Source: Camelus dromedarius
Taxonomy: Eukaryota
Assembly: GCF_036321535.1 (NCBI RefSeq)
Contig: NC_087436.1
Span: forward strand, 5,766,001 to 5,830,000
Direction: 5' to 3'
Length of the DNA: 64,000 nucleotides
The position numbers and the translations under genes are program-made. Of this stretch, positions 13,541 to 27,536 are shown piece after piece (position 1 is the stretch's first letter; each line of letters begins with the position of its first letter). The notes beneath the pieces are model-generated. The model ran no database searches. It was not told the origin of the DNA and was given only the letters and a program-made list of their open reading frames with translations.

Positions 13541-14399
13541 AACTCTTTAGTTTCCCCCTCAGAGATGAACAAGTGGAGGTGCCACTTACGCATGTTTAAC
13601 AATAAAAATTATAACAAAAAAGTAATGTTGTATTGCATTTCACTGAGATTGTAATCATGTTAGAGTAGAAATGCAGTTATTAACTTGCACATTTTATGGC
13701 AAGTGGAAATAATAATTCTTTCTTCCAAATCTCAGTGCACATTTTGTTTCTGCCAACTGTTTTCAAAGGTCGGGTATACTTTCAAGATGCAACCTTCTCT
13801 GCACAGAAATACACTTTTAATAAAAATTCTCTTTAAGGCTATCTGGCTTTCTCCACAGTGATGGATATTTAATCAGAGTCAGCCTTTAAAAACATCACCC
13901 TCGTCTTCCTACTTTCCAACATGTATTTTCAGTTTAGGGGTTTGTAAGATAGAATTGCTAATGTGGCTGAAACTGGGACATATTTAACAATTATTATTGC
14001 AACTGGTTCCTAATTGATTATGAAAAGAGTTTCAAACCCGTGTGTGCGAATTTGAATAACATATCTGACACATAAGTGATAATATGTAGATTTCAGATCT
14101 ACCTTTCCTTTGATTTTTGAATATTTCAAAATTAGTTTTTGGTTAAGTTATCTAGATGATGGCTTTCTTGTTCCATGTTGCTTACATCTGAGAAAGGAAC
14201 CTATTTATATAAAATTCCAAACCAATAAGGTAGCAAATCCAAGCAAATAGATAGCAAACTGGTTCCATATATAAATAGTTAGTAAAGAACAGATGTGGAT
14301 CAAATTACTTACGGAAACTCATTATTTGATTAAAATGTAATTTTTTGAATAAAGAAAGAAATAATGGCTTAATTAATCAATGTGATTAAACAGTATGTA

Positions 14400-15280
14400 A
14401 TAAAATAGCACATGACAGAATATTGATTTATATATATGAAAACAGTAAGAAAAAGTTGAACAAACCAATAGAAATATGGATGAGAGGCATGTTCTACATA
14501 TTAACAGTAAGTATATATAAAGTATATTCAATGTTTCTGGTGAAAACACATGCAGATTTAAAGTGTTCTATTTTGCCTACCAGATTCTTAAATTAGAACG
14601 AGTGACCATGCTCTGTGCAGAAGTGTGTGTTCTAATGCGGTGTTGATGGACTGTTTATAATTTTCTGGAGGTGATTAAGCAGTGTATATCCCAAGGTGGC
14701 ATGCACATCACCTATGGCAATCTCATGTAGAGAAACTTACCCGAAAGAAGTAATTACGAAAGTTTGAAAACACACACGCACCATCCAGGTCAATAGAATG
14801 AACTATTTTAGAAATTATTAGAATTTGGCTGATTATAATTTGGCCTTAACTAGATTTTAACATCTGTTATACCGGGATCTGATGTTCATATGGGAAAAAA
14901 ATCTCTGAAAATATGTGGCATTTCAAATCATCAAACTCTTGATCTCTATGTGTGTATTTTTAATTTAGAATACAGCTCTCTTTTTAAGTACTTTTATATG
15001 GAGATACATGCAGCATATGATATGTGCTTTAATTATTGTGTTTTTAAGAGCAAAAAGAAAGTAGGAAAAGATAAAAAAAAAAAAAAATATCAGAGTAGTG
15101 TTTATCCCTGAAAGGAGGCAAGATGATGGGGTCGTGGAAAAGCACAGAAATAGATTCAACAAAGCTGGTAAAATCTAATTCCTAAGCTTACTGGTAGGTT
15201 CATTTAATTGTTTTGCTTCATAGCTTACATATATAATACATGCATTTTTATATATCTAACATTACAAATACAAATTTAAA
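14400..15280 (+). mobile_element. Highly decayed L1ME-like ORF2 end / 3' UTR
   Basis: caaaccaatagaaatatgga.., tgttgatgga..ttctggagg.. and a 3' UTR-like segment ending in an A-rich tail. Confidence 0.55.
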
Positions 15281-17974
15281 AAAGAAGATAATCTTTTAAG
15301 CATTAAGTTTTACATTTAGGAAAAGACATACATTTACAAATTCTGTGCAGTGCCAATTTAATAACTTCAAGTGACAGTGGTATTAGTAATAATCAGAATG
15401 AAACCAAACAAATCCAATGGCTAAATGTGTACAAATTTGCTAAAATCTCTTCCTTATTTCCCTGAATGGATTAATAGTAGCTCAATGTAATAACTGTCAA
15501 AGGAAACATTTTAAAAAATGCTATAGAATTAAGTGATTAGCAGTTGACACTCCAGAATTCTTCAAGTGGAAAGAGTTTAGCATAATTGAGCACCAGTTAG
15601 GATAACGTGTCATTGAAACATCTGGTTTATATGACTGCTAATAAGCACCAACATCCATCTCAGACAGGATCTTTGCCCCCTGAGTAACAGGCAAGGGCAG
15701 ACCTAGGGGTAGATTCAAAGTTACGAAAGGACTGAAGACCTTTATTTATGGGCCCACATCTCTGCCAGTCCTGAGGATGGAAATGCTTTCTCTCCAAATC
15801 CTGTACAACCTCAAAGGTTAGATGTTTAACAGTTTTGGAAGTCTGGGGAGAGAAGACAATTTAAGACAAACTTTACACATTATATAATCAGAGTAGCAGG
15901 TTCATTTGCCCCTAAAACCTTCAGTCTTAAAGCCTGGGCTACCTTTGTCTCTTGGTCATCATAAAGAGAATGGAAAAAGAGGAAGATAAGGTCCTATCTT
16001 AGAGCCTTTCTGGAAAATGGTCCAGAGCCCATGTCTACCTCTAAGAAAGGACATGCTCCTAGGATTTCTAAAATCCATTTGTTTAAAAATTTCCCTAGGT
16101 CATTTTTATTGGTAGGAAGTATAAGGGCCTTTCTGAAAGAAGCAACCATCTCCTTCGGTAATGACTTAAAGAGTCAGCCTCCCTTGAAGGCGGGCAGGTC
16201 AGCTAAGAGCTAAGGGGAGGAAATAGAGTGTGTGGAATTTAGGGTTGATGATATTATTTCGAAGTCTGTGAAAATGGAAAAACCCTAGTCTTTAACAGCA
16301 GCATTGCTCCCTTATTCTCTTCACTCAGTCCTGTACATAAGGTGTTAGAATCGTGGGAGACATAAGTGTTATGACAAGATGCTCTCAGGCATCCTTGGAA
16401 CCACAACTTCGACCTGAAAAACAAGAAAATTGGGACCCAGAAAGATGAAAGTATTTGCCAAAAACACAAGATATCAGAGACCCCAGGCTCCGCAGAGCAT
16501 TCATTCTTGGCACTAATTACTCACTTGTAATCCTTTTATGTCTACCATGCCCACAGAAAAACTAATTTATCTCTTAACCGTTTATATACAGTTGTTGTTA
16601 TATGAATATGATGATTACACTTGTGCACAATGTTTATTTATTTGTAGAGGTGATGGACAGTTGTCTCTACAATGTCATGCATTTTCTTCTTCAAGGTAAA
16701 ACAATCTTCCCGTCCACACTACTTTGTAATAGACCTGCTCAAAGGTAGTGACGGGTCTTAAGAAAGAAGTGAATCAGTCTTTACATAATCATATCTGTGT
16801 TATAAGTTGGAAAATTGTTTTGAAGTTTAGAACTCCCCTCTGAATAGTGATGATGTCTCGGCTAGTGAAGATTAAATTGCAGCTTTAAAAATTGTAAGTG
16901 GTTTGCAGTCCTTGGAGGCTGAGCAGCGGACTGCCAGTTGAAGATGAGTATAGCTCTCTACGATGCCCTGAAGACCTTGAGGGAAATGGAATGAGTCGAA
17001 GACTATTAATGTCCTTCTGTTATTTTGAAATAAAACCGTCCAAGTCACTTTTTTATCCTATTTCCACCCCAGCCCTCTTCCTTTCTGTAAGAATAATATG
17101 GGCCGAGGTGGGAAGAGACAAATATGACATATTTATGGGGGACGTTGTACAATGTTTTTTTAATTCATTTCTTTGGTATAAACTCCATCAAAAGCATGCT
17201 TTTAAAGATAGCGAGCACATTTGTGAAAGGATATATTGTTCCATTTTTGAAGCGCTTCTGTCTTGAGTGAGGCATTAGCTGTAGCACTGTGGTTCGCTCA
17301 GCAGATAAATTTAGTTCCATCAATCTCCGTGCTCCTCTCAAGGATGCTACGGGAATGAAAGTACCTAGCAGCCAGTAAGCCTCTGCTCAGTGTGGGGTCA
17401 GATATGGAAGGGATTTACAAGTGATTCATTTAAACTCTCTTTTTCTATGTATGGCTACCTTTGAAATGACCTAGATATTACAGAGCGATGGTTATATCCT
17501 CTGTTGTCCTGTAGACATTTCAACAGAGCAGACGTTTTATGTCTCGCAGGGTCAGGATGAGAATGGAAGGGTAAGATTCTGTTTTTATTAGGCATCAGAT
17601 GGTTTTTGTGGTGACTGACGTCCCTTAACTCAATAGTGTGCAGTATTGAATGATAATATCTTTAACATTGTAAGCCCCTCAAGGGTGTAACACCAGACGC
17701 ATCTGAAATAAGGGGCTGAGTGAAATAATTTCCTTCGGAGAAAATCTTTGAAGCAAAGCAACCTTGAGCTATCCTGTAAAAGAGGGCTTTGTTTTTCAAA
17801 ATAGCCGTTGAAGCACCCTTAGGATGTTTTCTAGAAAATTCTTGTTTTATCTCTTTGCTGTACTTAGGAAAATACTGCTTTCTAGTACTTTGAAAATTAA
17901 AGGAAAAGGAGCATATTGATGTAGAAAAAGATAAAACTGACCCTTATCACTATTCCTTGTGTTTCAGTCAGACC

Positions 17975-18360
17975 TTCAAGTACTGTTTCCATGGAATTAA
18001 CACCCAAATAAATGCCTCCAGCTCTGACTTGTCCCTCCCTTGTCTCCTGAGCCATCTACTTAGATGGTACAAAAGCTCCATTCCATTGTCCCCAAGCTAG
18101 TTCTCTCCACCAAATCAGAGTTTTTCACTTAAATCCCTGATTCTCTCAACAGCATTACTATTATTTTTTTAGGTCATCCAAGATTATTTTGGACTTTTTT
18201 TTAGTTTTCCTCTCCATGGCAAACAAACTCTCCCCACTGTGACATCTGAATATTTTCACCACCTGTTCTAGCTACTTTTAAATTTCATATCCGTTCCCTC
18301 CCTTTGCATGTCCACCATTGCAGCAACCCCCATCACCCTTCCAAATGGTTATCTGCAGCA
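17975..18360 (+). mobile_element. L2 fragment
   Basis: Pyrimidine-rich L2-like phrases such as ctccagctctgacttgtcc and catctacttagatg. Confidence 0.45.
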
Positions 18361-18377
18361 TTTTCTTGTTTTATTTT

Positions 18378-18493
18378 CTTCCTTCTAGTTTTATTGAGAT
18401 ACAATTAACATAGAGCACTGTATAAGTTTAAGATGTACAGTACAATGATTTGAATTACATACATCATGAAGTGATTATCATAATAAGTTTAGT
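18378..18493 (-). mobile_element. L1MA-like 3' end
   Basis: tttattgagatacaattaacatagagcactgtataagtttaagatgtacagtacaatgatttga is an antisense L1MA-type terminus. Confidence 0.75.
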
Positions 18494-21400
18494 TTTGAGA
18501 TCCATTCATATTACTGTATGTATCTGTAGTTCATTTCTTTTTTATTATTGAGTAATATTCCATTATTTGAATATGTCACATTCTGTTTATCTTCCCTCAT
18601 AAGATAGACATTTGGGTTATCTCCAGTTTGGGGCTACTATGAATAAAGTTGCAAACAACATTTATGTACATGTCTTTCTGGAGATATGTGTTTTCAGTTA
18701 TCTTAGGTAAATCCTTAGGAACTGGAGAGCTGCATCACTTGATTTGTTTATGGTTCACTTTTTAAGAAAATTCCAAGCTGCTTTTGAAGGTGAGGTGCCA
18801 TTTTAATTCCACTGCAGCCATGTGTGATCATTTCAGTTGCACAAAAGCTTCAATAACACTTGATTTGACCAGTTTTCTTATTTTTAGTCCATCTAATCAG
18901 TACTGTTGTCTCAGTTTGTGGTTTTAATTTGCATTTCTATGATAACTAATTTTTGTAAGACTGAGTCATAAATCTATTCATATATTCAGGATTCACATCT
19001 TCTGTCTGCTATGTATGTTGTGAATAGTATTTCCCAGTGGCTTGCCTTTTATTTCTCTTTTAAACAGCAACATATTTTAATTTAAGTGAAATCCAATTTA
19101 TATATTTCCTTTCATGTTTTGTGATTTTTTTAAACTTTATATTAGAATCTTTTCCCACTTCAAGATCATGATGATTTTCAAGTTTCATTTAGAATTTCTG
19201 AAAATCGAAGTATTGCATTTAGGTCTATGACTCATTTCAAGTTAATTTTTCTTTATAGTGTTAGGGGGTGAAGCTCTTTTTTTCCCCCAAAATAGAAATC
19301 CAATGGATGTAGCATCATCTGTTGAAAAGGCTTTCCTTATCCCACTGAGTTGTCTTGGCATCTTTGCTTCAAGTCAGTTAACCACATATGGGTGGGTCTA
19401 CTTGCAGAATCTCCATATCTGTCATTGATCTGTATTCTTCACAACACCAAACTGTCTTGATTCCTGTACATATATAGAGAGTCAACCAACTCTGTTCATT
19501 TTTAAATACATATATTTTATTATATATATGATATATATATTCATGCCATGTGTAACATATATAATTGCTTTGGTTATTTGTTATATACAAGTCCTTTGCA
19601 CTTCTGTATACATTTTAGAATCAGCTTTCAACTTCTTCAAAAAAACTACTGGAAATTTTGACAAGAATTCTGTTGCTCCTTTTCAGGACAAGTGCCTTCT
19701 TAACAATATTAAGCCTTTTTATCTGTGAATTTAATCTCCCCCTTTATTTAGGTCTTCCTTTCTACCTCTTACATTGATTTTTAGTTTCTGTGTAGAAGTA
19801 ATAGGTGTCTTTTGATAGAAATATTCCTAGGTATTTTGTGGGTTTTGGTACTACCATAAATTGATTTTTTCTAAATTTTATTTTCCAGTTTTTTTTGCCT
19901 ATTTATAATAATATAATTTTTTTCTAGGACAATGTTGAATAGAAGTGTCAAAGGTAGCACTCTTGCTTTCTCCCTTTCCTCAGGGGAAAGAGTTTAATTC
20001 AACTAAAGGACTTACTCTCTTAACATTAAGTATGTTGTTGGGTGAAGGGTTTTCATAGATTCCCTTTATCACGCTGAGGAAATTCTCTATTATTCTTAGT
20101 TTTCTAGTAGGTTTTTCTCATGAATTAGTGTTATTTCTCAAAGAACTTTTTTCCTCCTCAACTCTATTGAATTTGCATGTGTCTTTTTTTTTTCCTTTTT
20201 TAAAAAGTATGTTAAATTTTATTGAATGATTTTTAAAAATTTTCTGTTAACTCTGCTTTCTGGAGATAAACCTACTTGAACCTACTGTGACATCCTTTTT
20301 GTGTATAGATGGACTTGATTTTCTAATATCTTGTTAAGGATTATTCATGAGTGACATTGCTCTGAAAATTCCCTTTTTGTAGTATCTTTCTCGGGTTTTA
20401 ATAGTTAAGTTCATATAGGCTTCATAAAATGAGTCAAAAAATGATTCTTCCTGCAACTTTCTAAAAAAACATATTATGTAGCATAGATGTTACTCACTCC
20501 TTGAATGTTTGGTAGAATTTACCAGTGAAATCATATGGGCCTAGAAATTTCTTTCAGATGAGTTTTTTGATAATAAATTTATTTAGAAATAGATATAGGA
20601 CTACTTAAGTTTTCTGTTTCTTATTGTGACTCTTTTGGTTGGATGTATTTTTGAAAATTTCCATTCTTTTCAGTGTGTCAACACTTTAGGTGTTAAACTG
20701 TATAATCTGTCATAATAATTCCTTTCCATTCCTGATACTGGTGATTTATAATGAAATAGCCACAGGTTGGTCGATTTTGTTAGTCTTTTTAAAGAATCAG
20801 CTGATCTTTGCCAATTTTCTCCATTATCTGTTTACTGATTTCTTAATTTCTACTTTTTTTTTGCATATAATTTCCATCCCTCTCCTTACTTTGGCTTTAC
20901 ATTGTTCTTTTTTTTTTTTATCTTGTTCTTAAAGTAAAACCAAGGTCATGGTTATTGATTTTTTTAAAAAAAATCCTTCCTATTTCTAATATAAGCATTT
21001 AATGGTGTAAGTTCCCTGCTAAGGATTGCTTTAGCTACATTCCACAAATTTAGATATGTTGTATTTCACTGTGATTACAATTTCCCTTGCAAGTTCACAT
21101 TTGACTTCTGAATTACTTAGAAGTGTGTTTTTAAATCCCAGGTATCTTGAGTTTTCGTTAAAATAATTTCTAATTTCTTACTTTTTATTTCTTATTTTTG
21201 TTTTCATCTTTATTAATTTCTAATGCAATTTTGTTGCAGGAAGGTAATCTTTAAATTTGGAGATGTTTTATCTCTGAGCGTATGGTCAGTCTCTGTGAAG
21301 GCTCATGTGTTCTTGAGGAGGCTACACGTGGAGAAGTTGGCCACAGATCAAGGTGGTTCATAGTGCTGTTCAGATCTTTTATGATTTTACTGATGTTTTT

Positions 21401-23995
21401 GGCTAATTGTTCTATCAGTCACTGAGAAAGAATGGTTAAAATCTACTGGGATAATGGAATTGTCTGTTTTTCTTTTTAATTCTGTTTTTGTTCAGCATGT
21501 GTAGAGGCTCTGCCATTAGGCACAGGCTAATTTAGGATGGTACATGCTTCTGGTGATTTATTTTTTATCTTAAGCAACAGTCCCTCTGTAACTGTGAGGA
21601 GACCCTTGATCTCTAAGTCTATTGTATCATGAGATCATAAAACAGGTTACCTAGCCTTCTGGTCTTTCCTCCTGGCATTGGGTATCTATTTCTGTCCACT
21701 GGTTTTCAGCTCATATAGGCATCTTGCAATAAGCTCTCAGATTTTAAAAATGATACATCATGGGTTGCCTTTTATTGAGGTGTTTGAGCCCTTATCATTT
21801 AATACAACGTTTGATGTATTTGGATTTGGGTCTACCACATTTATTTATGTTCTGTTTCTCTTCTCTGCTTTTGTTACTCTGCTCCTAACTTTCTGACTTC
21901 TTTTGTGTTCCATAAATATATTGTAGTATTTCATTTTACTCTGTTAGCTTTTACACTGTATTTCATCAAACTTTTTATAGTAGTTGCTCTATGGATTACT
22001 AAATGAATACCTAAAATTTTACAGTCTACTAGATGCAAATTACAGAAACTTGCAAACATATAGGTCAACACTTCACTGGCTTTTATGTTATACGTATTAT
22101 GTGTTAAATCTGTGAATATTGATAACCACATCAGGCCATTTTGCTTTAATAGTCAACATATTTTTTTAACTTATAAGAAAAATTGTCTTTATATATCCTG
22201 GGATTTACATTTCTGCTATTCTTTCTTTCATTTTTGAAGAACCAAGTTTCTTCTGATATTATTCCCCTTCAGACTGAAAAACTTCCTTTAGTATTTTTTT
22301 GTTAATAGCTGATCTCCTTGGGATCTGAAAAAGTAGTTATTTTTCTTTGTTCCTGAATGATGTGTTTCAAAAAATAAAGCTTCCTTTCAATACTTTAAAC
22401 ATGGTCTTCCTCAGTCTTCTGGTCTCCATGGGTTTCTGATGAGAAATTGGTGGTGATTTGAATCAACTCTTCTCTGTGTGTAACGTGCAATTTTCTTTAG
22501 CTGCTTTCAGGACTTTTTGCTTTTTTTTTTTTTTTTTTTTGCAGTTTGATTATGATGCATCTAAAATCCATGGTTTTTTTTTTGTTAAGTTTATCCCATT
22601 CAGATGCTCTGAATTTGTTCACTATGTAAATTTCTGTCTTCCTCCAGTTTGGGGCATTCATGGCTATTATGTATTTGTATCTCTTTTGTGTTTCCATGTC
22701 TTAATCCTCCCTTTCTGGGACTCCAATTGAACAGATGTTTGAGAGCTTGCCACTGTTCCTCAGGTCCCGGAAACTCTGCTAATTTCTTCCAATCTTTTCT
22801 TCCTCTCTAGTCTTCAAATAGGACCATTCCCACTGCTGTCCTTTCCTGGCCATTATTTCTTTCCTCTATTATTTGCATCCTGCTGTTAAGTCCATTCATT
22901 GAGTTTGTATCTAAGACACTGCATTTTTCACTTTCAAGATTTCCACTTGGTTCTATGTTTTAGTTTCAAATTCTCTGTTGAAATTTCCTATATTTCATAC
23001 ATTTCAAGGTGTGCTTTCATTTACCTCATGAAACAGAGTTTTATAACTGATTTAAAGTGTGTCATAGAGGTGTGGGGAGGGACATAGCCCAGTGGTGGGG
23101 TATGTGCTTAGCATGCACGAGGTCCTGGGTTCAGTTCCCCAGTACTCCCATTGAAACAAATGAACAAAGAAACAAACAAAACCTTAATTACTCCCTCCCC
23201 AAACAAACAAATAGAAAAGAACAAGACAAAAAAAAAAAGTATGTGGTGGTTCCAACATCACGGTCATTTCCAGGCCAGTGTTTATTGATCATATTTTTCC
23301 GTGAGAATTTGTTGCATTTCCCTAGTTCTTTGTACACTGAACAATTTTGAATTGTATCTGGACATTGTTATGTGGTGTATTCTCTGTAATGCTCCCCTGG
23401 AGAATGTTGAGGTTTGTATTAACCGAAAATCGAACTGGTTACATGAGATCATAAATTCTAACTCGCCTTCTACAGACGGTGGTTCAAATTTTAGCTCAGT
23501 TCTCTAAGCATCCGCTATGCTGATGTGGATCTGTCCTGCATGTGACTAGTTTGGGGTTAATCTGAGATTTTTGTGGCTGCATACACAGAATTCAGGGATC
23601 CTCCTTCACCAGCTCTTTCCTCTAAAGGAATCCACCTCCATTCTGCAGCTGCAAGGCTCCTTTTGTCTCCTTTGTTTCACAAAAAGCCTGGGTTTCTCTT
23701 GAAGTTTGATCACCCAGGCATCAATACTGTTCTGCAACTAGTCTCACAAACATACTAATATACACAGATACAGACACACACGCTCACACAGACACACACA
23801 CACACAAAGGCACACAAACCCTGCACTTGGGGCAAATTCCCACCAGATAAAAGATCACTGGGAAGCTCACCTGCATGCAGGTTGTTTCTTGAATTTTTAC
23901 ACCTTTGCATAATCTGCTTGCTTTTGTTTTCCTTTAGTGTCTCCAGGGAGCTGTTTTTGCATTTTGTTCAAAGTCTTTAGTTATGATCAGTGGAA
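18494..23995 (-). mobile_element. Long decayed L1 (old L1M): ORF2 end, ORF2, inter-ORF, ORF1 and 5' region; interrupted by a SINE
   Basis: Continuous T-rich antisense L1 phrases: catttgggttatctccagtttggggctact, ctaggacaatgttgaatagaagtg, ttgaatgtttggtagaatttaccagtgaa, gattgctttagctacattccacaaattt, tttctgatgagaaatt, ctttctgggactccaatt. Confidence 0.88.
23074..23238 (+). mobile_element. tRNA-derived SINE, camelid vic-1-like
   Basis: ggggagggacatagcccagtggt..gcttagcatgcacgaggtcctgggttca (A and B boxes), then an A-rich linker, taattac motif and A tail. Confidence 0.9.
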
Positions 23996-24190
23996 GTGCA
24001 TAGCATGTAGTGAAACCCAGACTCAGGAACTCACGTTTAATAAATGTTAACCATCTGATATTCCAGCAGGTTAGGTCTAGTGAGTGTGTTAACCAAGAAA
24101 ATGAGGAGGAGCTGTGAAGCACTCCTTTAGAATTACTTAAAGGTGGCTGTTCATATTAATAACTACTAGCTGTACATCACCATTTCCCTT

Positions 24191-24661
24191 TGTAGAGGTG
24201 GAAAACCTTTCCTTTCTTCTCTCCTGGATTCTTTGGCTGGTCTAATAATTGAGCAGACTTAAGTCAGATTAACAGGAGAAAAACAAACGTTGTATGTTCA
24301 GTATTCCCATTAAAAGCATGAGACTACCTGGCTGTCAGGTAATTAACAACTTGTACGTCATTCGCTAAGGAGGCAGGGGTCTGTGTCTTCAAAGGGGAGG
24401 AGGAAAATTCACAGGAAGGTGGGGAGAGCAAATGTTGGGTAAGCAGATGTTTGTCCTGCCATGCAGGGAAGTCTTTCTGCTACAAAAGTTGTCTCTGGTA
24501 ACAGCTATCTTCCTGGTACAGACCCCTGTCTTAATTCTTTCAGGCAGTTAAGGAGGAGGTAAAAGCTGCTCCTGGGTCTGCTGGGCCCTCGCTGTCTTCA
24601 GCTTGAAATCTCCACGTGCCAAATTGGCCCATTCTGGGGTGGCTTTTCCTGTTCCCTCTCA
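24191..24661. mobile_element. Solo LTR, probably ERV1 class
   Basis: About 470 bp bounded by TG(TAGAGG)..(CTCT)CA with flanks cctt/ccgt (near-match 4-bp TSD). Internal phrases cagattaacaggagaaaa and aaatgttgggtaagcagatgtttg resemble MER41/LTR39-like laurasiatherian LTRs. Confidence 0.7.
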
Positions 24662-25126
24662 CCGTCATATTTTCATTACTCCACACCAATTTGGGCATCA
24701 AATAAAAAGTAGCATATTATTGCAAATGACTGTGTCGTAATACTAGGACAAGTTTTTCAGTTTTGAATCTAACTGAGAAAAAAGACGCTAGGAAGAATTA
24801 TTTAATGATTCCCATTGACATAGGTGGCTCACCCAAAGTCTACTCACTTTTCCTTTCTGAGCTTTAATTTCCCTAGATTTACTACAAGTGCTCAGTTTTA
24901 GGTGACAAATCGTGATTGAACTAAAGTAATAATGATAACAATAATGACAAATTTACACAAGAAGCCAAGACTGAAAATGTGGAATTGAATTACCAGGACC
25001 CAAAAATAAAAACTGTGGCCCCACAGATTGTCCTCATTTATTGAGACATCTTTGGAAAGAATACAGAGTATCCTAATTGTTTTCCACCAAAAAACTTTTT
25101 TCTGAGATGCAGATCAACTCCTAAAA

Positions 25127-25331
25127 TTATATTTATTTTATTTTATTTTATTTTATTTTATTTTATTTATTTTATTTTATTTTATTTTATTTATTTTATT
25201 TTATTTTATTTATTTTATTTTATTTATTTTATTTTATTTTATTTTATTTATTTTATTTTATTTTATTTATTTTATTTTATTTATTTTATTTTATTTTATT
25301 TTATTTTATTTTATTTTATTTTATATTTTTA
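25127..25331. repeat. (TTTTA)n/(TTTA)n compound microsatellite, about 200 bp
   Basis: Directly visible. Confidence 0.98.
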
Positions 25332-26171
25332 CTGTAAAGAAAGAAATCAATCTAGGTCTTATGCTCAAAATGTCTCAATCTACATTGGCAGATTTAAAAC
25401 TATCTGGTAAAATTTTATCATTCTTGTTTGTTTTATGTCAAATCCTGATCAAGTTCATGGGCAAAGTTTACATATTGCACTGGACAGTCTGTTTGTCTCT
25501 CTAGATTTGTTTTCCAGGATCCTTCTTGCCTAGATTACACCAGCATATTCCCAGGAATTCTATCTTCCAGTTGGGTTTAGAGGTCAGAGTAGATGAATGA
25601 GTTAGGTCAGGGAGTTTATATTCACCTGATTTGGTCTGTAAATATTTGTCTCATAAAGTAATTATGTACACAGGCTACATACTTAGTCTGAAAATATGAG
25701 CAGGTGGATGGATGGGTTCGCATCATGGAGAGGAGCAGACAGTGGGCCCTGAGTAAGGCAGAAAAACTCATTGCAGAAGAATCAATGTGGATGCATGGGT
25801 GTTCTTGACACATTAAAGGCTAAATAAAGCCAGTGTTACCCAGACATGAAGATTAGAGCCTTTCTTCCAAGTCATTCTCTAGTTTAAAAAGATCTAGCTA
25901 CAAAAAGTCAGTAGAACTTTGTTTTTTTTCAGATTAATATTTTGTTTTCAACCAATAATTGGAAGACTATGAAGGAGTGTGCCATGAAGATATTTATAAT
26001 TTTGCCAAGGTGTAAATTTGGATTCAGATCCCTGTTGGGTACTTCACTGGAGCATCTTCTTTAGCTGAAGGGTAAGCCTAGGATAGCTTTCTGTCCCTCT
26101 GCCTCACCGTAGCTCTCCCAATTTCTACACATATATGATATCACTCAGGAAATTCTAGCAGATGTGTATCA

Positions 26172-26242
26172 TTTTTTAATTGAAGTATAGGTGATTTAAA
26201 ATGTTGTGTTGCTTTCAGGTGTACAGCATAGTGATTCAGTTT

Positions 26243-26283
<41 letters not shown>

Positions 26284-26952
26284 ATATATACATAATTATA
26301 TATATATAATTCTTTTTCATGTTTTTTTCCATTATAGGTTATTACAAGATACTGAATGTAGTTATTTGAGCTATAACAGTAGGACCTCAAATCCAATAAA
26401 TCTGAAAACTCCTAGTTTATCCCTTTCCTCCCCCTCCCCTCCAACGGTAACTATAAGTCTGTTTTCTATGTCTGTGACTCTGTTTCTGTTTTGCAAATAA
26501 GTTAGTTTGAATTATTTTTTAAATTCTACACATAAGTGATATCATATGATATTTGTCTTTTTCTCTGTCTGACTTACTTCACTTAGTATGATAATCTCTA
26601 GATCCACCCCTGTTGCTGCATATAGCATTATTTTATTCTTTTTGATGGCTGAGTAGTATTCCATCATATAAATATACCACAGCTTCTTTATCCAGTCATC
26701 TGTCAATGGACATTTAGGTTGTTTCCATGTCTTGGCTACTGTAAATAGTGCTGCTATTGACTTTGGGGTGCATGTATCTTTTGAATTAAGGTTCCCTCTG
26801 GATATTTGCCCAGGAGTGGGATGGCTGGATCATATGGTAAGTCTATTTTAAGTTTTTTGAGTAATCTCCATACTGTTCTCCTCAGTGACTGCACTGAATT
26901 ACGTTCCGAACAAAAGTTTTGGAGGGTTCCCTTTTCTCCACACCTTCTCTAG
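26172..26952 (-). mobile_element. 5'-truncated lineage-specific L1 3' end with internal (TG)n
   Basis: ttttttaattgaagtatag.. terminus; gatggctgagtagtattccat and cccaggagtggg..ggatcatatggta are antisense ORF2 end; (TG)n at about 26251-26281. Confidence 0.92.
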
Positions 26953-27536
26953 TAACTAATCTTTATCTTTGTGAAAAATGACCATTAAGTGAAATATAAA
27001 TTAGTAGAGGTTGAAAATGCAATTACCTTCCAGTTTGAGATGCACAGATGAAAGAAATAGCTCTGGGATGGAATGAGATTAGGGACTTATTCAATGAAAT
27101 CCATTCTGATAAACTGGCAGTTTGGGATAGGCTTACAAAATAGGTCAAGATTGGGTTGCATTCTCCAATGAAATTTAACTGGACATGTATAGAATAATCG
27201 TGAAAATCCTTAATATTGGAGATCCATTTTTCTGGACATGTTTACCCAGTTGTTTTTCATTGTGTTTCTTTCGTGTCATACCTGCCTGTTTACTATGAGG
27301 AGCCCACATGCTAAGAGATTGCTTTTATTTTGAGAGCGGAGGTAGATAATTAGTACAGTTTAATGATCCATTATTCCAATGCAGAGAAGACAAAGAGAAG
27401 ACCTAATTTTGGCAAGGAGGTTGTCTTCAGGGCTGTTTCTCATTAAGACTGCTTATTAAAGCATGAATATCTCTGCTGTGACTGTCACGGGGGTGTCTTG
27501 TGTCTGTGTGTGTGTACACACTTTAAAAAATGAACG

